A DNA stretch of 64,000 nt from Stegostoma tigrinum (lineage: Eukaryota): positions 72,276,517 through 72,340,516 of the forward strand of contig NC_081363.1 in assembly GCF_030684315.1 (NCBI RefSeq), written 5' to 3'. The notes under the pieces are model-generated. The model did not search any database, had not been told where the DNA came from, and worked only from the letters and a program-made list of their open reading frames with translations. Positions 1 to 13,099 of the stretch are shown here, piece by piece (position 1 is the first letter of the stretch; the number at the start of each line of letters is the position of its first letter). The translations under genes were made by a program, and so were the position numbers.

Positions 1-1212
1 CAATCCCACCAACTGACCCATACAGATCAATAACCCCCGGAAATAGACCATCACCTGTAAAATTTAAACATACAAAACGATTCTGTGTCAAATAAGATTA
101 TCTGCAGACATATTGACTATTCCTATAAAACTCGTTATTCAAGGCCACTTCTGTTGCTTCAAGCATACATTTTTTTTTTAAATTCAATTTTTTGGCACGT
201 CTGCCACTCAGCCTGGTATCCCCACTTGCAGTCCACATTGGTTGGGCCCCTGGTATGTTGGTAATGGTTGTGACAGTAATATTTCAGGCCAAGGCATCAC
301 AGATTGTGGCAGAACGCAATGCTGCTGCTACCTTTGGCCCACTATCATGGAAGCCAGTTTTGAGTTGCTTGATCTCAGGTAATAACAGTACTAAAATTCC
401 ATCCTTGAATGAAAATGATTCCTGCATTGCAGCCACAAAGTCCAGAATGCTTAATCTTTGATCACCACAATATCAAATAAACAACTACACACCAAGTTTA
501 GCAGAGCTAATAGGCATAAAGCCCTAAGTAGCAGCCCAATTGCAATTTTTACTATAAAAGCTCCCCGTCAGGCCAGTAAAAAACAACACTTAAAAGCCTA
601 AGTAACCTTCCAAGAATAAATTAACTATCCATCACCCAATCAACAAGGAACTGAAGGTTCATGGTTATTAATGAAGGCCAAATAGGGCCTTAGCTGTCAC
701 GAGTTGAGCGTTAATTGGAGCGCATTTCCTGAATACAGACTCGCAAGTAGTAGAGAACCTCAATCTAGTGACAAGATTGGGAAAATATGAAGAACAAAGC
801 AACAACTTTCCATTTTGGAACTGCTCATCAACATTCATTAAAGTAAGATAGCCATGTCATCTTGCTACACAAAGCTGGGTTTGCTTTTTGAAAGAGATGC
901 CTGAAAGATAAAACTAGACAACGGTGCCCACCTAGCCCATCCCTCGTGGACAAAATTACCAGAACCAGGTCAAAATGAACAATATTTCAAACAGAATGTT
1001 AGCATCAAGTTACTGGACTTTCAACATATAAACCAGGCTCAGTCCACCTTCCTCTGTTCTAATCTGACTTGTTCCAGAGAATTCAGCACTGAAAAACATT
1101 CTTCAATTACACGACTGCCTTATCAGCCTGCTCTGCTCTCAACTTCCATCCATGTGCTTTTCCAGTAATTGAAACCAGGGCCTTGGAATGCTCAACCATG
1201 CTACCAGATGTA

Positions 1213-1515
1213 GGGACAGCACGGTGGCTATGAACACCACTGCTGCCTTACAGCACCAGGGACCTGGGTTCAATTCCAGCTCAGGCAATCGTCAGTGTGG
1301 AGTTTGCACGTTCTGCCTTTGTCTGCATGGGTTGTATCCGTGTGCTCCGATTTCCACCCAGAGTTCCAAGATGCGCAGATTAGGTTAGGTAGATTAACCA
1401 TGGGAAATGCAAGATGACAGGGTAGGAGGGGATTAAGTCTGAGTGGGACACTTTTTGGAGAGTCAGTGTGGACTTGTTGGGCTAAATGGCCAGCTACCAC
1501 AATGAAGGGATTCAA
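1213..1515 (+). mobile_element. tRNA-derived V-SINE (HE1-like)
   Basis: Head with B-box-like GGGTTCAATTCC, core 'gtgtggagtttgcacgttct', CR1-like 3' end; family recognised from memory, not by search. Confidence 0.7.
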
Positions 1516-1774
1516 TGAAAGAACTCTTCATCTGTACTGGCCTGCTCATTCAGCGCGGCTTTAGTGATTTCTTCCTATTCAAACCCTTTCTTCCTGAAGA
1601 CCCTCAATCTTAATCTGAATGATCCTTCACCTATTCATTCGGGTTGACTTCCACATCAGTCCTCTTCTCAGGTTAGTCCTTCACAACTTCACGTTGAACA
1701 CTTTCTTTGAAGTGGGCACTATTTAACTGAGGGCTGTCATCTAAAAAGATTTGTAAGTTCGGTGACCTGGCCAT

Positions 1775-1955
1775 GCTAAATTGCCCAAATCATTCAGAGG
1801 TGTGCAGTCTAGATGTATTAGCCATTGGAAATGCAGGGTTATAGGGATAGGTTGCCGGGGGGGGGGGGGGGGGGGGGGGGGGGTGGTCTGGATGGAATGG
1901 TGGTGCAGACTCAATGGGCTGAATGGCCTGCTTCCACACTACAGGAATTCTATGA
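1775..1955 (+). mobile_element. V-SINE 3' fragment containing a ~26-nt poly-G run
   Basis: 'ggccatgctaaattgccc...tgggctgaatggcctgcttccacact' resembles the 3' half of the 1213 element. Confidence 0.55.
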
Positions 1956-2244
1956 ATTTCAATGAACAGGTTTAAAAGAAGCATTAATGCTGAACTTGAC
2001 TAAATTACTGTCACATCTCAAGGGACCGAAGACAGTTTAATAGATAAACATTTAATGGAAAAATCCTTGGTTTTTATTTTTAAAAATTACTTAACTGTGG
2101 TAGTCTTGTTTTGTAAGGCAATGCTATTAAACTGAACAAAGCCATTAGGTTCCAAGGTGAAGTATATGTTTTGACATTACTGAAGGTTTAAAGCACAAAG
2201 GAGACAATTCGGTACATTATGTCTGCACCAAATTGTTAAGTTGT

Positions 2245-3065
2245 CATCATTACCTCATGCCAAACTCTTGTTTTTTCCCTCCATACCCCTGTGCATTCTT
2301 TTTATCCAAATAATTAAAACTTGGCCTCTTGAATGCCTCAGATAAGCCCGCCTCCACCACACTTCTCGAAAGTGCATTCCAGACACTAACTACTTGCTGA
2401 ATGTAAAAGTATTCCTTCATTGTTCCTTTGCTTCTTTTGAAGATCACTTTAAATCTACGTTCTCTCATTCCTTTTATGAGCAGGAACAGTTCTTCCCTAT
2501 CTGTTTTATCCAACTTGTTCATGATTTTGAAAACCCCTATCAAAACTACTCTTAGCCTTCTTATCTCCAAGGAGAATGGTCACAACTTATTTCCATCCCC
2601 ATAACTATCCTCACTCCAAAACCATTCTTGTAAACCACTTATACACTCTCCAATGCATTCACATCTAACCTATAACATGGCACCCAGAACTGCACATAAT
2701 ACTCAAGTTGAGACCTAACAAGTGTCACTGTGCCCCTATTAATAAAGCTGAAGCTACTGTATTCTTTGCTTGCTGCTCTCGCTACCGCTCTCATCCTGAG
2801 AGAAAAACCTTTTCCTTACCTCTCCTCTAACATTCTTCCCCTTACTTTAAATCAATGTTCCCTGGTACTGGAACCCTCCAAAGGGAAAAGCTTCTTCCTG
2901 TCTACCCTATGTATGCCCCTCAAGTTTATACGTCCATAATCATATACCCTCTCAATATCCTCTGCTCTAAAGGAACCAATCTCAGTCTGCCCAATCTCCC
3001 TTCTTATCTGAAACTCTCCTGCCCAGGCTAGACGCTGGTAAATTTTCTCTGCACCCGCTCCAAAG
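2245..3065 (-). mobile_element. Degenerate CR1 LINE 3' fragments
   Basis: ORF 2250-2570 resembles the CR1 ORF2 C-terminus (RRLR..LI.VFKIM, VVSVWNAL). Confidence 0.7.
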
Positions 3066-3079
3066 CTATCGATCACTCA

Positions 3080-4294
3080 GATAATAAAATGTGAGGCTGG
3101 ATTAACACAGCAGGCCAAGCAGCATCTCAGGAGCACAAAAGCTGATGTTTTGGGCCTAGACCCTTCATCAGAGAGGGGGATGGGGAGAGGGAGCTGGAAT
3201 AAATAGGGAGAGAGGGGGAGGCGGACCGAAGATGGAGAGTAAAGAAGATAGGTGGAGAGAGTGTAGGTGGGGAGGTAGGGAGGGGATAGGTCAGTCCAGG
3301 GAAGACGGACAGGTCAAGGAGGTGGGATGAGGTTAGTAGGTAGCTGGGGGTGCGGCTTAGGGTGGGAGGAAGGGATGGGTGAGAGGAAGAACCGGTTAGG
3401 GAGGCAGAGACAGGTTGGACTGGTTTTGGGATGCAGTGGGTGGGGGGAGAGCTGGGCTGGTTGTGTGGTGCAGTGGGGGGAGGGGACGAACTGGGCTGGG
3501 TTTAGGGATGCAGTAGGGGAAGGGGAGATTTTGAAACTGGTGAAGTCCACATTGATACCATTAGGCTGCAGGGTTCCCAGGCGGAATATGAGTTGCTGTT
3601 CCTGCAACCCTCGGGTGGCATCAGTGTGGCACTGCAGGAGGCCCATGACGGACATGTCATCTAGAGTCACTCCCCCTCCCATTCTCTAGATGACATGTCC
3701 GTCATGGGCCTCCTGCAGTGCCACAATGATGCCACCCGATGGTTGCAGGAACAGCAACTCATATTCCGCCTGGGAACCCTGCAGCCATATGGTATCAATG
3801 TGGACTTCACCAGTTTCAAAATCTCCCCTTCCCCTACTGCATCCCTAAACCAGCCCAGTTCGTCCCCTCCCCCCACTGCACCACACAACCAGCCCAGCTC
3901 TTCCCCCCCCACCCACTGCATCCCAAAACCAGTCCAACCTGTCTCTGCCTCCCTAACCGGTTCTTCCTCTCACCCATCCCTTCCTCCCACCCTAAGCCGC
4001 ACCCCCAGCTACCTACTAACCTCATCCCACCTCCTCGACCTGTCCGTCTTCCCTGGACTGACCTATCCCCTCCCTACCTCCCCACCTATCTTCTTTTCTC
4101 TCCATCTTCGGTCCGCCTCCCCCTCTCTCCCTATTTATTCCAGTTCCCTCTCCCCATCCCCCTCTCTGATGAAGGGTCTAGGCCCGAAACATCAGCTTTT
4201 GTGCTCCTGAGATGCTGCTTGGCCTGCTGTGTTCATCCAGCCTCACATTTTATTATCTTGGAATTCTCCAGCATCTGCAGTTCCCATTATCTCT
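3080..4294. mobile_element. Penelope-like element, 5'-truncated, inverted + direct (fold-back) structure
   Basis: About 3080-3665 is the reverse complement of about 3685-4258; encodes the GIY-YIG C-terminus (EQQLIFRLGTLQP.GIN); flanked by gatcactca(g/t)ataata at 3071-3086 and 4295-4310. Confidence 0.9.
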
Positions 4295-4599
4295 GATCAC
4301 TCATATAATATGGATTCCAGAACTGCAACAATGAATTTGACCTTTCAAGGGATATTGTATTACAAATTGCACAATTGTATGTTTTTATGTATTTTCAGTC
4401 GACAGAATCCAGAGGTTGAGTGTACACTTTAATTCCTGTCATTGTCACGTACAACAGAATCTGCTGTCGCTGATGGTTCAAAACAACTTATGAGTATACA
4501 ACCAGATGTGTTGTGAATCGATTATCTTTATCATGGTCCTGGGAGCAGACAACAAATAAAAACCATCCTCACTGTGCACATGGGCCATGTCATGAACAG

Positions 4600-6085
4600 A
4601 CAGTCAGAGTTGTACAGCACCGGAACAGAACCTTTGGTCCAACTCATCTATGCCACTCAACTATGACCAGTTGTACTAAATTAATCTAGTTCCATTTGCC
4701 AGCATTTGGCCCATGATGCTGTAAAGACTTCTGGCCCACGTACCCATCCAGATGCCTTTTAAAATCTTGTAATTGTACAAACCTCAACCACCTCCTCTGG
4801 CAGCTCATTCCACACACACAACTCCCTCTATGTGAAAAAGTTGCCCCTTAGGTCCCTTTTAAATCTTTTGCCTCTCACCTTGAATCTACATCCTCTAGTT
4901 TTGGACTCTGCTATCCTAGGGAAAACACCTTCTCGATTTGCCCTACTCACGCCTTTCATGGCTTTATAAAAGGCCCTAAGATCACCCCTCAGCCTCTGAA
5001 GCTCCAGGGAAAATAGTCAAACCTATTCAACCTCTCCCTATAGTTCAAACCCTCCGCCCCAGCTTGTAAATCTTTTCTGAATCCTTTCAAGTTTAACAAC
5101 ATCTGTCCTCTAACAGGGAAACCAGAATAGAATGGCTGAAAGAGGCCTAACCAATGTCCTGCGCAGCCACAACATGACCTCCCAACACCTATACTCAATC
5201 TACTGACCAATAAAAGGAAGCGTACTAAACGCCACCTTCACTAACCCTATCTCCTACCTGTGACTCCACTTTCAATGGACTATGAACGTGCATTCCAATG
5301 TCTATTTGCTCAGCAATACTCCCCAGTATCTTACCATTTGCCTTACCAAAATGCAACACCTCACATTTCTAAATTAAACTACATTTGCCACTCCTCAGCC
5401 GATTTGCCCACCTGATCAAGGTCCCACTGTCCTCTACATCTCCAATTTTTGTGTCCTGTGCAAACTTACAAACCTTACCTCCTATATTCACATCCAAATC
5501 ATTTATATAAAATGTCAAAAAAGCAGTGGACTCAGCACCTATCTTGCAGCGCACTGCTGGTTACAGTCCTCCAGTAAAAAAAAACCCTTTCCCATCACCG
5601 TCTGTCTCCTACCTTTTAGCCAATTCCCTAACCAAATGGCTAGCGCTCCTTGTATTCCAAGTGATCCAAGCTTGCTAACCACTCTACTGTGTGGAATTTG
5701 GTTGAACGGTTTGCTGAACTCCACATAAACCATTTTGCCTTCTACAATCTTTTTCATCACTTCTAGAAAAATCTCCATCTAGTTTGTGAGACACAATTTC
5801 CCATATATGAAGCCACGTTGACTATACTAATCAGTCCATGCCTTTCTAAACACATGTAAATTCTGTCCCTCCAACGACTTATCACTGGTCTGTAGTTCCC
5901 TAGCTTTTCCTTACCACCTTTTTTTAAATAATGGTGCCACATTAGCCAACCTGCACCTCACCTGTGTCTATCGACGATATAAGTATCTCAGCGAGAGGCC
6001 CAGCAATTACTGCCCGAGGTTCCCACAAAGTCCTGGGGTACACCTGGTCAGGTCCAGGAGTTCACCCACCTTTATGCATTTTAAA
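4600..6085 (-). mobile_element. CR1 LINE fragment (RT to 3' end), degenerate
   Basis: Minus-strand peptides YINDLD..KFAQDTKIG and VYVEFSKPFNQIPH. Confidence 0.8.
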
Positions 6086-6139
6086 AAGATGAATATACAC
6101 AACAGACAGATTAGTGGGAAAGGAAAAGTGAACTGATTG

Positions 6140-7660
6140 TAGGTTACGTGGAAGCCATGGGTACCCGCATGGGCCCAAGCTATGCCTGCCTCTTTGTACG
6201 TTATGTGAAACAATCCCTCTTCCGTACCTACACTGGCCCTAAACCTCACCTCTTCCTCTGCTACATTGATGACCATATTGGCGCCGCCTCGTGCTCCCAC
6301 GAGGAGCTCAAACAGTTCATCCACTTCACCAACACCTTCCACCCCAACCTCAAGTTCACCTGGATCATCTCCAACACATCCCTTACCTTCCTGGACCTCT
6401 GTCTCCATCTCAGGCAACCACCCACAAACCGATGTACATTTCAAGCCCACAGACTCCCACAGCTACCTGGAATACACCTCCTCCCACCCACCGTCCTGCA
6501 AAAAATTCCATCCCCTATTCCCAATTCCTTCGCCTCCACCACATTGCCTCCTCGGAGAGGCATTCCACTCCCGTACATCTCAGATGTCCTTGATTTTCAA
6601 GGACCGCAACATCCCCCCTGCAGTGGTCGAGAACGCCCTTGACCGTTTCTCCCGCAACTCAGCCCTCACACCCTGTCCCTGCAATAACCGCACAAAGAGA
6701 ATCCCCCTCGTCCTCACATACCACCCCAACCTCCAGATACAACACATCATCCTCCGACACTTCTGCCATCTGCAATCCGACCCCAAAGACATTTTTCCAT
6801 CCCCACCCTTGTCTGCCTTCCGGAGGGACCACTCTCTCTGTGATTCCCTTGTCCGCTCCACAATCCCCTCCAACCCCACCACACCTGACACTTTCCCCTG
6901 CAAGCACAGGAAGTGCTACACTTGCCCCCATACCTCCTCCCTCACCCCCATCCCAGGCCCAAGAAGACTTTCCACATCAAGCAGATGTTCACCTCCACAC
7001 ATTGGGAAACCAAGCAGAGGCTTGGGGACCGCTTTGCAGAACACCAATGCTTGGTTCGCAATAAACAACTGCACCTCCCAGTTGCGAACCATTTCAACTC
7101 CCCCTCCCATTCTGAAGATTACATGTCCATCCTGGGCCTCCTGCAGTGCCACAATGATGCCATCCGAAGGTTGCAGGAACAGTAACTCATATTCTGCTTG
7201 GGAACCCTGCAGCCCAATGGTATCAATGTGGATTTCACAAGCTTCAAAATCTCCCCTCTCCCTACTACATCCCAAAACCACCCCAGCTCATCCCTACCTC
7301 CCTAACCTGTTCTTCCTCTCACCTATTCCCTCCTCCCACCTCATGCCGCATGCCCTTTTCCTACCAAGTAACCTCATCCCACCTCCTTGACTAGTCCATC
7401 CTCCTCAGACTGACCAATCCCACCCCACCTACACTCACCTCTACTGGTTCCATCCCCACCTCTTCAACTTGTCTGTCTCCTCTCCACCTAGCTTCTCCTC
7501 TATCCATCTTCGATCCACTTCCACCTCTCTCCCTATTTATTTTAGAAGCCTCTCCTGATCCCCCTTTTCTGATGAAGGGTCTAGGCCCGAAACATCAGCT
7601 TTAGTATTCCGAAGATGCTGCTTGGCCTGCTGTGTGCATCCGGCTCTACACTTCGTGATC
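6140..7660 (+). mobile_element. Older, frameshifted Penelope-like element fragment
   Basis: AMGTRMGPSYA and YIDD RT motifs, Cys linker, 3' pLTR with hammerhead motif near 7569; frameshifts and deletions relative to 24401-26748. Confidence 0.9.
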
Positions 7661-8341
7661 ACATTGGCAAAAGGGTTGAGAACCAGAGGATCTGGGATTT
7701 AAAGGTAACTTCAGCAAATAAGGCAAATGTGGCATGACAAGAAATGAATCATTACATTTGTAAATCATAACAATTTATCTGAATGAATGGTGAAGGCAGT
7801 TTGAAACATGGGTTTCAAAAACAAATTAAGTAGCTGAAGAGGAAAAACACACAGGATAAGGTTTAAGAACTCAGTGCACTGAAAAGAACAAGCAGAAAAT
7901 GCTGAACACCTCATGTTGGGAGAGAAAATCAGAGTTGATGTCAACTGAATTATAATACCTCATCAGAACCTAACAGCCAATGGGATGGAATGAACTGACG
8001 TGCTTTTGCAGGGGACTGGTATAGCCTTGACTGGCCAAATGACCGACTGTCCTGTGAACAAAGGTTCAAGCACCTTACTGCTCACTAAAGTCCAAAGTCC
8101 CACACAATTTAATCAATAGAAGAGAGTGTACCAAGCTAAACAATCAGTACCAAACGTGATTGTAAATACTGTTGTGTTAAACAATAATTTCCGGTCAGCT
8201 AGCATTCTGGATAGAAACAAACAGGAATAAACAACAAAGGAAAACCGCATGGAGCCAAGTAAACAACCATCGACAGATTTGTACAGATGCAAAGAACATA
8301 AGCCTCAAACCTCGGGGAGTACACAAGATCTGCTGTCTCAC

Positions 8342-8810
8342 CGGGTGGGACGAAGAGGGTCCCTCGGATCCTGCCTTCTCTGACTGGGATCCTGACCAGA
8401 CCCTCCTTCATGAACCAGCGCTGATTGATAGCGGTGGCTAGAGGCTGCGGTGGGAGCTGCCCGAGGCTCCAGTGTCCGTCAAAGATCTCGATGTGGACGG
8501 AGAGGGGAGAAGCGGCCACGTCCCTCTTGACCAGGCGAGTGAACGGAGTGACGGGGCTGAGCGACCAGAAGAGTCCCATGGGCTGGACGCCGGTGTAGTG
8601 TCCCCCCAGGGAGGGGGAGCGAGTCAGGTCGAGCTGGCCGTGGGGGTCGGCCGTGTAGAGAGCGGCCGAATGGAAAAGCTGCTCCTTCTCGTCGCGGAGC
8701 CAAGCCTTGAGGGTGACCTGTTGGTGCGGGCAGAGGCCGCTCACCCGCACCTCGAGCGGCTCATCGAACAGGCACCGGGGGCTGGGCTGGAGCTGGATGG
8801 AGATGGCCAT
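8342..8810 (-). CDS. Type-I acyl-CoA thioesterase (ACOT1/2-like, BAAT family) paralog A, first coding exon; downstream exons not found in window
   Basis: MAISIQLQPSPRCLFDEPLEVRVSGL...GGHYTGVQPMGLFWSL...VREGRIRGTLFVPP is the ACOT/BAAT N-terminal domain; phase-1 GTGAG donor at 8341; CpG-rich. Confidence 0.85.
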
Positions 8811-9404
8811 GCCGGCTCGGGCAGACAGGGGCAGCTGGAGCCCGGAAGGACAGCCTGCCGGAGGGGATCGGTACTCCAAGTACCGTCAATGACCCAGACA
8901 CAGACCGTTCAGCCTATCGGAACTGGGACGCATTGATTTATTGTTGTCACGTGTACCTCAGTCCAGTGGAATGCGCTGTTTCGTGAGCAGTACGGGCAGA
9001 TCATTACAAACAGGGACATTCAGATTCATTTCTATAGCAGCCTTTCGAACGCCTGGATTTAATCAGCCTCAGGACATTGCATTCCAGTCGATAACCGCTG
9101 TTTGAGAAATCTTGTTCTCATTGCGCTCTTGCCACTTGTTTTAAATCAGTGTGCTTGTGCTCTTGGTCCTTTCCGCATTGGGAATAGTTTCTCCAAGTGC
9201 ACTCTGTTCACATTCCTAGTGATTTTGAATCCCCCGATCAAGTCTCTTAGCCATATCCTCCAACAGTAACAGTCCTAACTGTCCATCCTACCTTCGTAAC
9301 AGAAGTTTCTACCCCTTGAAATTCTCATAAATCTCTTCTGTGTGCTCTTCAATTCTTTCATCTCCTTCCTACACGCTGAGGCCAGTATCTTACATAACCT
9401 TAGA

Positions 9405-9645
9405 TTCATCATAGAATCCCTACCCTGTAGAAACAGTTAGTTCATTTGGCCCAACAAGTCCACACCGATCCTCAGAGCATCTCATTCAGACCCATCCCCA
9501 AAACCCACCTAATCTACATATCCGTGAACACTATGGGCAATTTATCATGGCCAATCCACCTAGCCTGCACCGGATTGTGGGGGGAAACTGGAGCACCCAG
9601 AGGAACCCCACGCAGACACAGGGAGAATGTGCAAACTCCACACAA
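9405..9645 (-). mobile_element. V-SINE (HE1-like)
   Basis: Reverse complement of the core: 'gggagaatgtgcaaactccacac'. Confidence 0.65.
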
Positions 9646-9989
9646 GTTCGAAAACAACCCACAAAATGCTGTTGCACTCTATGCCCTCCTTAATAAAGCC
9701 AAGGACACTGTCAGCTTTATTAACTGCTCTGTCAACCTGTCCTGCCACACTTAACGTGATAAGCATATAAACCCAGGACCCTCTGCTGCCGTGCCCATTT
9801 TGCAGTTGTACCTTGTATTTTCCACTCTCCCTTTTTAAAATGAAATTAAATCATCTCACATTTCATTGCATCAAACCTCTGTCTGCCATCAATCCATCCA
9901 TCGCAATAACCTCTAAGGTTCTATACACGCTTCCTTACAACTTGCAATGCTTTCAGGTTTTGTACCATTGCCAATTTTGAAAGTATACC

Positions 9990-12510
9990 ATGGAGTCGAA
10001 GATCTTATTGGTATTGTACTATAGGCACCCAATAGTCAGCAGGAAATTGAGAAACAAATTTGTTGGCATAATAGGGTGGTTATGGTAGGGGATTTGAACT
10101 TTCAAATATATGTTTGAAAGTGTTATGGGCTTGAATGGAGAGGAATTTGTAGAGTGTGTAGAAGAAAATTTTCTGTTCAGCATGTGCATGTGTCTCCTAA
10201 AGAAGGTATAAAACGTGACCTATTCTTGGGAAATAAGGCAGGGCAGGTGATTGAGGTGTCAGTGGTACAGCTGTTTGGGGTCAGTGACCATAACTGAACC
10301 AGTTTTAAACCGGCTCAAAGGTACTAGTTTTAAAATAATTATGGAAAAGGATAGACCAGATCCAAAAGTTAAAGTTCTAAATTGGAGGAAGGCCAATTTA
10401 GACGGTACTAGGCATGAACTTTCAACAGTTGATTGGGGGTGGATGTTGGCAGCTAAAGGGTTGGCTCGAAAATGGGAAGACTTTAAAAGTGAGATAACAC
10501 AAGTCCAGGACACAATGTTCCTGTTAGGGTGAAGGGCAGGCTGGTAGGTGTAGGAAATGCTGGATGACTAGAGAAATTGAGGTCTTGTTTAAGAATAAGA
10601 AGGAAGCATATGCTTCAGGTACAGTTACTCTTCGTAGAAGAGTATAAAGGCAATTAAAGTACACTTAAGAGGGATATCAGGAAGGTGAAAAGGGGACACG
10701 AAATGGCTTTGGCAAATAGGGTTAAGGAGAATCCAAAGGGATTCTACAAATAGGGTTAAGGAGGATCCAAAGGGATTCTACAAATACATTAAGGACAAAA
10801 GGGTAACTAGGGAGGGAATAGGGCCCCTTAAAGATCAGCAAGGCCCCCTTAGTTTGGAACGGTAGGAGATGGGGGAGATACTAAACCTGTCTTTTGCAAC
10901 AGTGTTTATTGTGGAGAAGGATACGGAAGATAGAGAATGTGGAGAAATAAATAATGACATCTTCAAAAGTATCCATATTAAGAGGAGGTGGTGCTGGACA
11001 TCTTAAAATGCATAAAACCCCAGGACCTGATCAGGCATACCCTAGAACTCTATGGGAAACTAGGGAAGCGATTGCTGGTCCACTTGTTAAGATAGTCGTA
11101 TCATCTATAGCCACAGGTGAGGTTCTGGAAGACTGGAGGTTGGCTAACATGATGACACAGTTTTTAAAAGGTGGTAAGGAAAAGCCAGGGAACTATAGAC
11201 TGGAGAGCCTGACATCGATGGTGGGGAAGGTGTTGGAGAGAATCCTGAGGAACAGGATTTACATGTGTTTGGAAAAGCAAGTTCTGATTGGGGATAGTAA
11301 ACATGGCTGCGTGCCTGTTTCATGAATTTGATTGAGTTTTTTGAAGGAGTAACAAAGGATTGATGAGGGCTGGGTGGTTAACTTGATCTATATGGACTTC
11401 AAGAAGGCATTCAACAAGGTTCCTCATGGTACACTAATTAGCAAGGTTAGATCACATGGAATAGAGAGAGGACTAGATATTTCAATACAGCACTGACTTG
11501 AAGGTAGAAGACAGAGGATATGCGTAGAGGGAGAGGGTTTCTTTTCAAACTGGAGGCCTCGGACCAGCGGTATGTCATATGGATTTGAGCTGGGTCCACT
11601 GCTTTTTGTCATTTATATAAATGATTTGGATGTGAACATAGGAGGTATGATTAGTAATTTTGCATATTATACCAAAATTGGAGGCGTAGTGACAGTACCT
11701 TGATCAGATGGGCCAATGGGCCGGGAATTGGCAGATGGAGTTTAATTTAGATAAACATGAGGTGCAGCATTTTGGAAGGGTAAATGGGGATAGGACTTAT
11801 GCGCTTAATGGTAGGGTCCTGCGAGTGTTGCTGAACAAACAGACCTCAGAGTGTTAGTTCTTAGTTCCTTGAAAATGGAGTCCCAGTTAGATAGCATAGT
11901 GAAGAAGTACATTGAGCAGAGGAGTTGGGAGGTCAGGTTGCAGCTGTACAGGGCATTGGTTAAGCCACTATTGGAATACTGTGTGCAATTCTGGCCTCCC
12001 TGCTACAGGATGGATGTTGTGAAACTTGAAAGAGTTCAGAAAAGATGTCATCAGGGTTGGAGGTTTTAAACTATCGGGACAGGCTAAATACACAATGGCT
12101 ATCTTCTTTGGAGCAATGGAGGCAGAGGGGTAACCTTATAGAGGTTTATTAAATCATGAGGGGCATGGATAGGGCAGACAGACAAGGTCTTTTCCTGGGG
12201 GTTGAGAAGTCCAAAATGACAGGGCATAGGTTTAAGGTGAGAGGAGAAAGAATTAAAAGGGCCCTAAGGGGCAACTTTTTCACACACTGTGCAGCATGCA
12301 TGGAATGAGCTGCTAGAGGAAGTGATGGGGCCGGGTAAGATCACAACATTTAAAAGGCATCTGGATGGGTACGTGAATAGGAAGGGTTTAGAGGGCCATG
12401 GGCCAAATGCTGGCAAATGGAACTACATTTATTTAGGATATCTCATCAGCATGGACAAGTTGGACTGAAGGGTCTGTTTCCGTGTTGTATATCTCTGTGT
12501 CTCTATCTAG
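9990..12510 (+). mobile_element. CR1 LINE, degenerate (endonuclease end, RT, 3' UTR)
   Basis: Peptides [42 protein letters not shown]. Confidence 0.85.
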
Positions 12511-12852
12511 GTCCTTCATGCAAATCAGAAAAAGCAAGGGGGACAAAGTCTTCCCTGGTGCTACAAAATTTCCTCAAGCCTGAAGAAGATTCATTAGCAA
12601 AAACATTGTTTCCTGTTATTCGGACAGTTCTGTATTCCTGTTTCTGCTGTCCCTTTTAATCCACAAGTTACATCATTGCTCATAAGTATTTGTGCAACAC
12701 TATACAAACACCACATCAACACTATACATACACCACATCAACGCTGTAATACTGGGATACTTTGCTGAGAATTCTGTACTAGTTGAGTTTTCATTTTCTA
12801 AAATACACTGAACAAAATACATCCCCATTCTACCACCTGTCTACTCAATTCT

Positions 12853-13000
12853 ATCAGAGATAATGGGAACTGCAAATGCTGGAGAATCTGATGTAACAAA
12901 GTGTAGACCTGGATGAAAACAACAGGCCAAGCACCATCTTCGGAGCACAAAAAATGCTGCTTGGCCTGCTGTGTTCATCCAGCTGTACACTTTGTTATCA
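12853..13000. mobile_element. Miniature fold-back Penelope-like 3'-end fragment
   Basis: Reverse-complemented full 3' tail (agagataatgggaactgca...) followed by a direct tail-less piece (atgctgcttggcctgctg...gttatc); ctactca on both sides. Confidence 0.7.
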
Positions 13001-13099
13001 CTACTCATTTTTGTTCCCTATCACCATTCTTGGCCGATTCTCTCTCGGGTCTTAAAATTCCACGGCTCCACCCTCCTCCCCAATAAAATCAAGTCCAGT

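Noticed and set aside
1857-1882. Poly-G run encoding poly-Gly/poly-Pro ORFs
   Set aside because: Homopolymer expansion inside a SINE fragment; length unreliable and no coding evidence.
8199-8341. ORF extensions past the exon-1 donors (also 23044-23180 and 27859-27903)
   Set aside because: Intron read-through beyond canonical GTGAG donors at conserved ACOT intron positions.
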